DNA from: Eledone cirrhosa
Taxonomy: Eukaryota
DNA: 64,000 bases
NCBI GenBank assembly: GCA_964016885.1
Contig: OZ024743.1
Span: forward strand, 209,684,001 to 209,748,000
Reading direction: 5' to 3'
The position numbers and the translations under genes were made by a program. A model generated the notes under the pieces. That model made no database searches, was not told where the DNA came from, and saw only the letters and a list, made by a program, of their open reading frames with translations. Shown one piece after another: positions 15,375 through 30,300 of the stretch (its first letter is position 1; each line of letters opens with the position of its first letter).

Positions 15375-18300
15375 TTCACTCCATAAGATATACCACAGTT
15401 TACCATCCTATAGCCACAGATGAAAGCTCTTCACTCCATAAGATATACCACAGTTTACAATCCTATAGCCAGAGATGAAAGCTCTTCACTCCATGAGATA
15501 TACCACAGTTTACCATCCTATAGCCACAGATGAATGCTCTTCACTCCATGAGATATACCACAGTTTACCATCCTATAGCCACAGATGAAAGCTCTTCACT
15601 TCATAAGATATACCACAGTTTACCATCCTATAGCCACACATGAAAGCTCTTCACTCCATAAGATATACCACAGTTTACCATCCTATAGCCACGCCACGGA
15701 TGAAAGCTATTCACTCCATAAGATATACCACAGTTTACCATCCTATAGTCACACATGAAAGGTCTGCACTCCATAAGATATAACACAGTTTACCATCCTA
15801 TAGCCAGATGAAAGCTCTTCACTCCATAAGATATACCACTGTTTACTATCCTATAGCCACAGATGAAATCTGTTCACTCCATAAGATATACCACAGTTTA
15901 CCATCCTATAGCCACACATGAAAGCTCTTCACTCCATAAGATATACCACAGTTTACCATCCTATAGCCACACATGAAAGCTCTTTACTCCATAAGATATC
16001 CCACAGTTTACCATCATATAGCCACACATGAAAGCTCTTCACTCCATAAGATATACCACAGTTTACCATCATATAGCCAGATGAAAGCTCTTCACTCCAT
16101 AAGATATACCACAGTTTACCATCCTATAGCCACAGATGAAAGCTGTTCACTCCATAAGTTATACCACAGTTTACCATCCTATAGCCACAGATGAAAGCTC
16201 TTCACTCCATACGATATACCACAGTTGACCATCCTATAGCCACAGATGAAAGCTGTTCACTCCATAAGATATACGACAGTTTACCATCCTATAGCCACAG
16301 AAGAAAGCTGTTCACTCCATAAGATATACGATAGTTTACCATCCTATAGCCAGATGAAAGCTGTTCACTCCATAAGATATACCACAGATTACCATCCTAT
16401 AGCCACAGATGAAAGCTGTTCACTCCATAAGATATACCACAGTTTACCATCCTATAGCCAGATGAAACCTCTTCACTCCATCAGATATACCACAATTTAC
16501 CATCCTATAGCCACAGATGAAAGCTGTTCACTCCATAAGATATACCACAGTTTACCATCCTATAGCTAGATGAAAGCTCTTCACTCCATAAGATATACCA
16601 CAGTTTACCATCCTATAGCCAGATGAAAGCTCTTACCCCATAAGATATACCACAGTTTACCATCCTATAGCCACACATGAAAGCTCTTCACCCCATAAGA
16701 TATACCACAGTTTACCATCCTATTGCCACACATGAAATTTCTTCACTCGATAAGATATACCACAGTTTACCATCCTATAGCCACACATGAAAGCTCTTCA
16801 CTCCATAAGATATACCACAGTTTACCATCCTATAGCCAGATGAAAGCTCTTCACTCCATAAGATATACGACAGTTTACCATCCTATAGCCACACATGAAA
16901 GCTCTTCAATCCATAACATATACCTCAGTTTACCATCTTATAGCCACAGATGAAAGCTCTTCACTCCATAAGATATACCACAGTTTACCATCTTATGGCC
17001 ACACGTGAAAGCTCTTCACCCCATAAGATATACCTCAGTTTACCATCCTATAGCCACAGATGAAAGCTCTTCACTCCATAAGATATACCACAGTTTACCA
17101 TCCTATAGCCACACATGAAATCGCTTCACTCCATAAGATATACCACAGTTTACCATCCTATGGCCACACATGAAAGCTCTTCACCCCATAAGATATACCA
17201 CAGTTTACCATCCTATAGCCACACATGTAAGCTCTTCACTCCATAAGATATACCACAGTTTACCATCCTATAGCCACACATGAAAGCTCTTCACTCCATA
17301 AGATATACCACTCTTTACCATCCTATGGCCACACATGAAAGCTCTTCACTCCATAAGATATACCACAGTTTACCATCCTATAGCCAGATGAAAGCTCTTC
17401 ACTCCAAAAAATATACCACAATTTACCATCCTATAGCCACACATGAAAGCTCTTCACTCCATAAGATATACCACAGTTTACCATCCTATAGCCACAGATG
17501 AAAGCTCTTCACTCCATAAGATATACCACATTTTGCCATCCTATAGCCAGATGAAAGCTCTTCACTCCATGAGATATACCACAGTTTACCATCCTATAGC
17601 CACGCCACGGATGAAAGCTCTTCACTCCATAAGATATACCACAGTTTACTATCCTATAGCCACAGATGAAAGCTCTTCACTCCATAAGATATACCACAGT
17701 TTACCATCCTATGGCCACAGATGAAAGCTCTTCACTCCATAAGATATACCACAGTTTACCATCCTATAGCCACAGATGAAAGCTCTTCACTCCATAAGAT
17801 ATACCACAGTTTACCATCCTATAGCCACAGATGAAAGCTCTTCACTCCATAAGATATACCACAGTTTACAATCCTATAGCCAGAGATGAAAGCTCTTCAC
17901 TCCATGAGATATACCACAGTTTACCATCCTATAGCCACAGATGAATGCTCTTCACTCCATGAGATATATCACAGTTTACCATCCTATAGCCACAGATGAA
18001 AGCTCTTCACTTCATAAGATATACCACAGTTTACCATCCTATAGCCACACATGAAAGCTCTTCACTCCATAAGATATACCACAGTTTACCATCCTATAGC
18101 CACGCCACGGATGGAAGCTATTCACTCCATAAGATATACCACAGTTTACCATCCTATAGTCACACATGAAAGCTCTTCACTCCATAAGATATAACACAGT
18201 TTACCATCCTATAGCCAGATGAAAGCTCTTCACTCCATAAAATATACCACAGTTTACCATCCTATAGCCACAGATGAAAGCTCTTCACTCCATAAGATAT

Positions 18301-21300
18301 ACCACAGTTTACCATCCTATAGCCACAGATGAAAGCTCTTCACTCCATAAGATATACCACTGTTTACCATCCTATAGCCACAGATGAAAGTTGTTCACTC
18401 CATAAGATATACCACAGTTTACCATCCTATAGCCACAGATGAAAGCTCTTCACTCCATAAGATATACCACAGTTTACCATCCTATAGCCACAGATGAAAG
18501 CTCTTCACTCCATAGGGTATACCACAGTTGACCATCCTATAGCCACAGATGAAAGCTGTTCACTCCATAAGATAAACCACAGTTTACCATCCTATAGCCA
18601 CACATGAAAGCTCTTCACTCCATAAGATATACCACAGTTTACCATCCTATAGCCACAGATGAAAGCTGTTCACTCCATAAGATATACGACAGTTTACCAT
18701 CCTATAGCCACAGAAGAAAGCTGTTCACTCCATAAGATATACGACAGTTTACCATCCTATAGCCAGATGAAAGCTGTTCACTCCATAAGATATACCACAG
18801 ATTACCATCCCATAGCCACAGATGAAAGCTGTTCACTCCATAAGATATACCACAGTTTACCATCCTATAGCCAGATGAAAGCTCTTCACTCCATCAGATA
18901 TACCACAGTTTACCATCCTATAGCCACAGATGAAAGCTGTTCACTCCATAAGATATACCACAGTTTACCATCCTATAGCTAGATGAAAGCGCTTCACTCC
19001 ATAAGATATACCACAGTTTAACATCCTATAGCCAGATGAAAGCTCTTAACCCCATAAGATATACCACAGTTTACCATCCTATAGCCACACATGAAAGCTC
19101 TTCACCCCATAAGATATACCACAGTTTACCATCCTATTGCCACACATGAAAGTTCTTCACTCGATAAGATATACCACAGTTTACCATCCTATAGCCACAC
19201 ATGAAAGCTCTTCACTCCATAAGATATACCACAGTTTACCATCCTATAGCCAGATAAAAGCTCTTCACTCCATAAGATATACGACAGTTTACCATCCTAT
19301 AGCCACACATGAAAGCTCTTCAATCCATAAGATATACCTCAGTTTACCATCTTATAGCCACAGATGAAAGCTCTTCACTCCATAAGATATACCACAGTTT
19401 ACCATCCTATGGCCACACATGAAAGCTCTTCACCCCATAAGATATACCTCAGTTTACCATCCTATAGCCACAGATGAAAGCTCTTCACTCCATAAGATAT
19501 ACCACAGTTTACCATCCTATAGCCACACATTAGAGCTCTTCACTCCATAAGATATACCACAGTTTACCATCTTATAGCCACACATGAAAGCTCTTCACTC
19601 AATAAGATATACCACAGTTTACCATCCTATGGACACACATGAAAGCTCTTCACCCCATAAGATATACCACAGTTTACCATCCTATAGCCACACATGAAAG
19701 CTCTTCACTCCATAAGATATACCACTCTTTACCATCCTATGGCCACACATGAAAGCTCTTCACTCCATAAGATATACCACAGTTTACCATCCTATAGCCA
19801 GATGAAAGCTCTTCACTCCAAAAAATATACCACAGTTTACCATCCTATAGCCACAGATGAAAGTTGTTCACTCCATAAGATATACCACAGTTTACCATCC
19901 TATAGCCACAGATGAAAGCTCTTCACTCCATAAGATATACCACACTTTACCATCCTATAGCCACACATGAAAGCTCTTTACTCCATAAGATATCCCACAG
20001 TTTACCATCATATAGCCACACATGAAAGCTCTTCACTCCATAAGATATACCACAGTTTACCATCATATAGCCAGATGAAAGCTCTTCACTCCATAAGATA
20101 TACCACAGTTTACCATCCTATAGCCACAGATGAAAGCTGTTCACTCCATAAGATATACCACAGTTTACCATCCTATAGCCACAGATGAAAGCTGTTCACT
20201 CCATAAGTTATACCACAGTTTACCATCCTATAGCCACAGATGAAAGCTGTTCACTCCATAAGATATACCACAGTTGACCATCCTATAGCCACAGATGAAA
20301 GCTGTTCACTCCATAAGATAAACCACAGTTTACCATCCTATAGCCACACATGAAAGCTCTTCACTCCATAAGATATACCACAGTTTACCATCCTATAGCC
20401 ACAGATGAAAGCTGTTCACTCCATAAGATATACGACAGTTTACCATCCTATAGCCACAGAAGAAATCTGTTCACTCCATAAGATATACGACAGTTTACCA
20501 TCCTATAACCAGATGAAAGCTGTTCACTCCATAAGATATACCACAGATTACCATCCTATAGCCACAGATGAAAGCTGTTCACTCCATAAGATATACCACA
20601 GTTTACCATCCTATAGCCAGATGAAAGCTGTTCACTCCATAAGATATACCACAGTTTACCATCCTATAGCTAGATGAAAGCTCTTCACTCCATAAGATAT
20701 ACCACAGTTTACCATCCTATAGCCACACATGAAAGCTCTTCACCCCATAAGATATACCACAGTTTACCATCATATTGCCACACATGAAAGTTCTTCACTC
20801 GATAAGATATACCACAGTTTACCATCCTATAGCCACACATGAAAGCTCTTCACTCCATAAGATATACCACAGTTTACCATCCTATAGCCAGATAAAAGCT
20901 CTTCACTCCATAAGATATACGACAGTTTACCATCCTATAGCCACACATGAAAGCTCTTCAATCCATAAGATATACCTCAGTTTACCATCTTATAGCCACA
21001 GATGAAAGCTCTTCACTCCATAAGATATACCACAGTTTACCATCCTATGGCCACACATGAAAGCTCTTCACCCCATAAGATATACCTCAGTTTACCATCC
21101 TATAGCCACAGATGAAAGCTCTTCACTCCATAAGATATACCACAGTTTACCATCCTATAGCCACACGTGAGAACTCTGCACTCCATAAGATATACCACAG
21201 TTTACCATCCTATAGCCACACATGAAAGCTCTTCACTCAATAAGATATACCACAGTTTACCATCCTATGGACACACATGAAAGCTCTTCACCCCATAAGA

Positions 21301-24300
21301 TATACCACAGTTTACCATCCTATAGCCACACATGAAAGCTCTTCACTCCATAAGATATACCACTCTTTACCATCCTATGGCCACACATGAAAGCTCTTCA
21401 CTCCATAAGATATACCACAGTTTACCATCCTATAGCCACAGATGAAAGCTCTTCACTCCATAAGATATACCACATTTTGCCATCCTATAGCCAGATGAAA
21501 GCTCTTCACTCCATGAGATATACCACAGTTTACCATCCTATAGCCACGCCACGGATGAAAGCTCTTCACTCCATAAGATATACCACAGTTTACTATCCTA
21601 TAGCCACAGATGAAAGCTCTTCACTCCATAAGATATACCACAGTTTACCATCCTATGGCCACAGATGAAAGCTCTTCACTCCATAAGATATACCACAGTT
21701 TACCATCGTATAGCCACAGATGAAAGCTCTTCACTCCATAAGATATACCACAGTTTACCATCCTATAGCCACACATGAAAGCTCTTCACTCCATAAGATA
21801 TACCACAGTTTACCATCCTATAGCCACACATGAAAGCTCTTCACTCCATAAGATATACCACTGTTTACCATCCTATAGCCACACATGAAAGCTCTTCACT
21901 CCATAATATATTCCACAGTTTACCATCCTATAGCCATACATGAGAGCTCTTCACTCCATAAGATATACCACTGTTTACCATCCTATGGCCACACATGAAA
22001 CTCTTCACTCCATAAGATATACCTCAATTTACCATCCTATGGCCACACATGAAAGCTCTTCACTCCATAAGATATACCACTGTTTCCCATCCTATGGCCA
22101 CACATGAAAGCTCTTCACTCCATAAGATATACCACAGTTTACCATCCTATAGCCAGATGAAAGCTCTTCACTCCATAAAATATACCACAGTTTACCATGC
22201 TATAGCCACAGATGAAAGCTCTTCACACCATAAGATATACCACAGTTTACCATCCTATAGCCAGATGAAAGCTCTTCACTCCATAAGATATACCACAGTT
22301 TACCACCCTATAGCCACAGATGAACGCTCTTCACTCCATGAGATATACCACAGTTTACCATCCTATAGCCACGCCACGGATGAGAGCTCTTCACTCCATG
22401 AGATATACCACAGTTTACAATCCTATAGCCACAGATGAAAGCTCTTCACTCCATATGATATACTACAGTTTACCATCCTATAGCCACAGATGAAAGCTCT
22501 TCACTCCATAAGATATACCACAGTTTACCATCCTATAGCCACACATGAAAGCTCTTCACTCCATAAGATATACCACAGTTTACCATCCTATAGCCACACA
22601 TGAAAGCTCTTCACTCCATAAGATATACCACAGTTTACCATCCTATAGCCACACATGAAAGCTCTTCACTCCATAAGATATACCACAGTTTACCATCCTA
22701 TAGCCACACATGAAAGCTCTTCACTCCATAAGATATACCACAGTTTACCATCCTATAGCCAGATGAAAGCTCTTCACTCCATAAGATATACCACAGTTAA
22801 GCATTCTATAGCCACAGATGAAAGCTCTTCACTCCATAAGATATACCACAGTTTACCATCCTATAGCCACAGATGAAAGCTGTTCACTCCATAAGATATA
22901 CCACAGTTTACTATCCTATAGCCACACATGAAAGCTCTTCACTCCATAAGATATACCACAGTTTACCATCCTATAGCCACAGATGAAAGCTGTTCACTCC
23001 ATAAGATATACGACAGTTTACCATCCTATAGCCAGATGAAAGCGCTTCACTCCATAAGATATACCACATATTACAATCCTATAGCCACAGATGAAAGCTG
23101 TTCACTCCATAAGATATACCACAATTTACCATCCAGATGAAAGCTCTTCACTCCACAAGATATACCACAGTTTACCATCCTATAGCCACATATGAAAGCT
23201 GTTCACTCCATAAGATATACCACAGTTTACTATCCTATAGCCAGATGAAAGCTCTTCACGCCATAAGATATACCACAGTTTACCATCCTATAGCCACAGA
23301 TGAAAGCTCTTCACTCCATAAGATATACCACAGTTTACCATCCTATAGCCACAGATGAAAGCTCTTCACTCCATAAGATATACCACAGTTTACCATCCTA
23401 TAGCCACAGATGAAAGCTCTTCACCCCATAAGATATACCAAAGTTTACCATCCAATTGCCACACATGAAAGCTCTTCACTCCATAAGATATACCACAATT
23501 TACCATTCTATAGCCACAGATGAAAGCTATTCACCCCATAAGATATACCACAGTTTACCATCCTATAGCCACACATGAAAGCTCTTCACTCCATAAGATA
23601 TACCACAGTTTACCATCCTATAGCCACACATGAAAGCTCTTCACTCCATAAGATATACCACAGTTTACCATGCTATAGCCACAGATGAAAGCTGTTCACT
23701 CCATAAGATATACCACAGTTTACCATCCTATAGCCACACATGAAAGCTCTTCACTCCATAAGATATACCACAGTATACCATCCTATAGCCACAGATGAAA
23801 GCTCTTCACCCCATAAGATATACCACAGTTTACCATCCTATAGCCACACATGAAAGCTCTTCACTCCATAAGATATACCACAGTTTACCATCCTATAGCC
23901 ACACATGAAAGCTCTTCACTCCATAAGATATACCACAGTTTACCATCCTATAGCCACAGATGAAAGCTCTTCACCCCATAAGATATACCACAGTTTACCA
24001 TCCTATTGCCACACATGAAAGCTCTTCACTCCATAAGATATACCACAGTTTACCATCCTATAGCCACACATGAAAGCTCTTCACTCCATAAGATATACCA
24101 CAGTTTACCATCCTATAGCCAGATGAAAGCTCTTCACTCCATAAGATATACGACAGTTTACCATCCTATAGCCACACATGAAATCTCTTCACTCCATAAG
24201 ATATACCTCAGTTTACCATCCTATAGCCACAGATGAAAGCTCTTCACTCCATAAGATATACCACAGTTTACCATCCTATAGCCACACATGAAATCTCTTC

Positions 24301-27300
24301 ATGCCATAAGATATACCTCAGTTTACAATCCTATAGTCACAGATGAAAGCTCTTCACTCCATAAGATATACCACAGTTCACCATCCTATGGCCACACATG
24401 AAAGCTCTTCACCCCATAAGATATACCACAGTTTACCATCCTATAGCCAGTTGAAGGCTCTTCACTCCGTAAAATATACCACAGTTTACCATCCTATAGC
24501 CACACATGAAAGCTCTTCACTCCATAAGATATACCACAGTTTACCATCCTATAGCCACAGATGAAAGCTCTTCACTCCATAAGATATACCACAGTTTACA
24601 ATCCTATAGCCAGAGATGAAAGCTCTTCACTCCATGAGATATACCACAGTTTACCATCCTATAGCCACAGATGAATGCTCTTCACTCCATGAGATATACC
24701 ACAGTTTACCATCCTATAGCCACAGATGAAAGCTCTTCACTTCATAAGATATACCACAGTTTACCATCCTATAGCCACACATGAAAGCTCTTCACTCCAT
24801 AAGATATACCACAGTTTACCATCCTATAGCCACGCCACGGATGAAAGCTATTCACTCCATAAGATATACCACAGTTTACCATCCTATAGTCACACATGAA
24901 AGGTCTGCACTCCATAAGATATAACACAGTTTACCATCCTATAGCCAGATGAAAGCTCTTCACTCCATAAGATATACCACTGTTTACTATCCTATAGCCA
25001 CAGATGAAATCTGTTCACTCCATAAGATATACCACAGTTTACCATCCTATAGCCACACATGAAAGCTCTTCACTCCATAAGATATACCACAGTTTACCAT
25101 CCTATAGCCACACATGAAAGCTCTTTACTCCATAAGATATCCCACAGTTTACCATCATATAGCCACACATGAAAGCTCTTCACTCCATAAGATATACCAC
25201 AGTTTACCATCATATAGCCAGATGAAAGCTCTTCACTCCATAAGATATACCACAGTTTACCATCCTATAGCCACAGATGAAAGCTGTTCACTCCATAAGT
25301 TATACCACAGTTTACCATCCTATAGCCACAGATGAAAGCTCTTCACTCCATACGATATACCACAGTTGACCATCCTATAGCCACAGATGAAAGCTGTTCA
25401 CTCCATAAGATATACGACAGTTTACCATCCTATAGCCACAGAAGAAAGCTGTTCACTCCATAAGATATACGATAGTTTACCATCCTATAGCCAGATGAAA
25501 GCTGTTCACTCCATAAGATATACCACAGATTACCATCCTATAGCCACAGATGAAAGCTGTTCACTCCATAAGATATACCACAGTTTACCATCCTATAGCC
25601 AGATGAAACCTCTTCACTCCATCAGATATACCACAATTTACCATCCTATAGCCACAGATGAAAGCGGTTCACTCCATAAGATATACCACAGTTTACCATC
25701 CTATAGCTAGATGAAAGCTCTTCACTCCATAAGATATACCACAGTTTACCATCCTATAGCCAGATGAAAGCTCTTACCCCATAAGATATACCACAGTTTA
25801 CCATCCTATAGCCACACATGAAAGCTCTTCACCCCATAAGATATACCACAGTTTACCATCCTATTGCCACACATGAAATTTCTTCACTCGATAAGATATA
25901 CCACAGTTTACCATCCTATAGCCACACATGAAAGCTCTTCACTCCATAAGATATACCACAGTTTACCATCCTATAGCCAGATGAAAGCTCTTCACTCCAT
26001 AAGATATACGACAGTTTACCATCCTATAGCCACACATGAAAGCTCTTCAATCCATAACATATACCTCAGTTTACCATCTTATAGCCACAGATGAAAGCTC
26101 TTCACTCCATAAGATATACCACAGTTTACCATCTTATGGCCACACGTGAAAGCTCTTCACCCCATAAGATATACCTCAGTTTACCATCCTATAGCCACAG
26201 ATGAAAGCTCTTCACTCCATAAGATATACCACAGTTTACCATCCTATAGCCACACATGAAATCGCTTCACTCCATAAGATATACCACAGTTTACCATCCT
26301 ATGGCCACACATGAAAGCTCTTCACCCCATAAGATATACCACAGTTTACCATCCTATAGCCACACATGTAAGCTCTTCACTCCATAAGATATACCACAGT
26401 TTACCATCCTATAGCCACACATGAAAGCTCTTCACTCCATAAGATATACCACTCTTTACCATCCTATGGCCACACATGAAAGCTCTTCACTCCATAAGAT
26501 ATACCACAGTTTACCATCCTATAGCCAGATGAAAGCTCTTCACTCCAAAAAATATACCACAATTTACCATCCTATAGCCACACATGAAAGCTCTTCACTC
26601 CATAAGATATACCACAGTTTACCATCCTATAGCCACAGATGAAAGCTCTTCACTCCATAAGATATACCACATTTTGCCATCCTATAGCCAGATGAAAGCT
26701 CTTCACTCCATGAGATATACCACAGTTTACCATCCTATAGCCACGCCACGGATGAAAGCTCTTCACTCCATAAGATATACCACAGTTTACTATCCTATAG
26801 CCACAGATGAAAGCTCTTCACTCCATAAGATATACCACAGTTTACCATCCTATGGCCACAGATGAAAGCTCTTCACTCCATAAGATATACCACAGTTTAC
26901 CATCCTATAGCCACAGATGAAAGCTCTTCACTCCATAAGATATACCACAGTTTACCATCCTATAGCCACAGATGAAAGCTCTTCACTCCATAAGATATAC
27001 CACAGTTTACAATCCTATAGCCAGAGATGAAAGCTCTTCACTCCATGAGATATACCACAGTTTACCATCCTATAGCCACAGATGAATGCTCTTCACTCCA
27101 TGAGATATATCACAGTTTACCATCCTATAGCCACAGATGAAAGCTCTTCACTTCATAAGATATACCACAGTTTACCATCCTATAGCCACACATGAAAGCT
27201 CTTCACTCCATAAGATATACCACAGTTTACCATCCTATAGCCACGCCACGGATGGAAGCTATTCACTCCATAAGATATACCACAGTTTACCATCCTATAG

Positions 27301-30300
27301 TCACACATGAAAGCTCTTCACTCCATAAGATATAACACAGTTTACCATCCTATAGCCAGATGAAAGCTCTTCACTCCATAAAATATACCACAGTTTACCA
27401 TCCTATAGCCACAGATGAAAGCTCTTCACTCCATAAGATATACCACAGTTTACCATCCTATAGCCACAGATGAAAGCTCTTCACTCCATAAGATATACCA
27501 CTGTTTACCATCCTATAGCCACAGATGAAAGTTGTTCACTCCATAAGATATACCACAGTTTACCATCCTATAGCCACAGATGAAAGCTCTTCACTCCATA
27601 AGATATACCACAGTTTACCATCCTATAGCCACAGATGAAAGCTCTTCACTCCATAGGGTATACCACAGTTGACCATCCTATAGCCACAGATGAAAGCTGT
27701 TCACTCCATAAGATAAACCACATTTTACCATCCTATAGCCACACATGAAAGCTCTTCACTCCATAAGATATACCACAGTTTACCATCCTATAGCCACAGA
27801 TGAAAGCTGTTCACTCCATAAGATATACGACAGTTTACCATCCTATAGCCACAGAAGAAAGCTGTTCACTCCATAAGATATACGACAGTTTACCATCCTA
27901 TAGCCAGATGAAAGCTGTTCACTCCATAAGATATACCACAGATTACCATCCCATAGCCACAGATGAAAGCTGTTCACTCCATAAGATATACCACAGTTTA
28001 CCATCCTATAGCCAGATGAAAGCTCTTCACTCCATCAGATATACCACAGTTTACCATCCTATAGCCACAGATGAAAGCTGTTCACTCCATAAGATATACC
28101 ACAGTTTACCATCCTATAGCTAGATGAAAGCGCTTCACTCCATAAGATATACCACAGTTTAACATCCTATAGCCAGATGAAAGCTCTTAACCCCATAAGA
28201 TATACCACAGTTTACCATCCTATAGCCACACATGAAAGCTCTTCACCCCATAAGATATACCACAGTTTACCATCCTATTGCCACACATGAAAGTTCTTCA
28301 CTCGATAAGATATACCACAGTTTACCATCCTATAGCCACACATGAAAGCTCTTCACTCCATAAGATATACCACAGTTTACCATCCTATAGCCAGATAAAA
28401 GCTCTTCACTCCATAAGATATACGACAGTTTACCATCCTATAGCCACACATGAAAGCTCTTCAATCCATAAGATATACCTCAGTTTACCATCTTATAGCC
28501 ACAGATGAAAGCTCTTCACTCCATAAGATATACCAGAGTTTACCATCCTATGGCCACACATGAAAGCTCTTCACCCCATAAGATATACCTCAGTTTACCA
28601 TCCTATAGCCACAGATGAAAGCTCTTCACTCCATAAGATATACCACAGTTTACCATCCTATAGCCACACATTAGAGCTCTTCACTCCATAAGATATACCA
28701 CAGTTTACCATCTTATAGCCACACATGAAAGCTCTTCACTCAATAAGATATACCACAGTTTACCATCCTATGGACACACATGAAAGCTCTTCACCCCATA
28801 AGATATACCACAGTTTACCATCCTATAGCCACACATGAAAGCTCTTCACTCCATAAGATATACCACTCTTTACCATCCTATGGCCACACATGAAAGCTCT
28901 TCACTCCATAAGATATACCACAGTTTACCATCCTATAGCCAGATGAAAGCTCTTCACTCCAAAAAATATACCACAGTTTACCATCCTATAGCCACAGATG
29001 AAAGTTGTTCACTCCATAAGATATACCACAGTTTACCATCCTATAGCCACAGATGAAAGCTCTTCACTCCATAAGATATACCACACTTTACCATCCTATA
29101 GCCACACATGAAAGCTCTTTACTCCATAAGATATCCCACAGTTTACCATCATATAGCCACACATGAAAGCTCTTCACTCCATAAGATATACCACAGTTTA
29201 CCATCATATAGCCAGATGAAAGCTCTTCACTCCATAAGATATACCACAGTTTACCATCCTATAGCCACAGATGAAAGCTGTTCACTCCATAAGATATACC
29301 ACAGTTTACCATCCTATAGCCACAGATGAAAGCTGTTCACTCCATAAGTTATACCACAGTTTACCATCCTATAGCCACAGATGAAAGCTGTTCACTCCAT
29401 AAGATATACCACAGTTGACCATCCTATAGCCACAGATGAAAGCTGTTCACTCCATAAGATAAACCACAGTTTACCATCCTATAGCCACACATGAAAGCTC
29501 TTCACTCCATAAGATATACCACAGTTTACCATCCTATAGCCACAGATGAAAGCTGTTCACTCCATAAGATATACGACAGTTTACCATCCTATAGCCACAG
29601 AAGAAATCTGTTCACTCCATAAGATATACGACAGTTTACCATCCTATAACCAGATGAAAGCTGTTCACTCCATAAGATATACCACAGATTACCATCCTAT
29701 AGCCACAGATGAAAGCTGTTCACTCCATAAGATATACCACAGTTTACCATCCTATAGCCAGATGAAAGCTGTTCACTCCATAAGATATACCACAGTTTAC
29801 CATCCTATAGCTAGATGAAAGCTCTTCACTCCATAAGATATACCACAGTTTACCATCCTATAGCCACACATGAAAGCTCTTCACCCCATAAGATATACCA
29901 CAGTTTACCATCATATTGCCACACATGAAAGTTCTTCACTCGATAAGATATACCACAGTTTACCATCCTATAGCCACACATGAAAGCTCTTCACTCCATA
30001 AGATATACCACAGTTTACCATCCTATAGCCAGATAAAAGCTCTTCACTCCATAAGATATACGACAGTTTACCATCCTATAGCCACACATGAAAGCTCTTC
30101 AATCCATAAGATATACCTCAGTTTACCATCTTATAGCCACAGATGAAAGCTCTTCACTCCATAAGATATACCACAGTTTACCATCCTATGGCCACACATG
30201 AAAGCTCTTCACCCCATAAGATATACCTCAGTTTACCATCCTATAGCCACAGATGAAAGCTCTTCACTCCATAAGATATACCACAGTTTACCATCCTATA

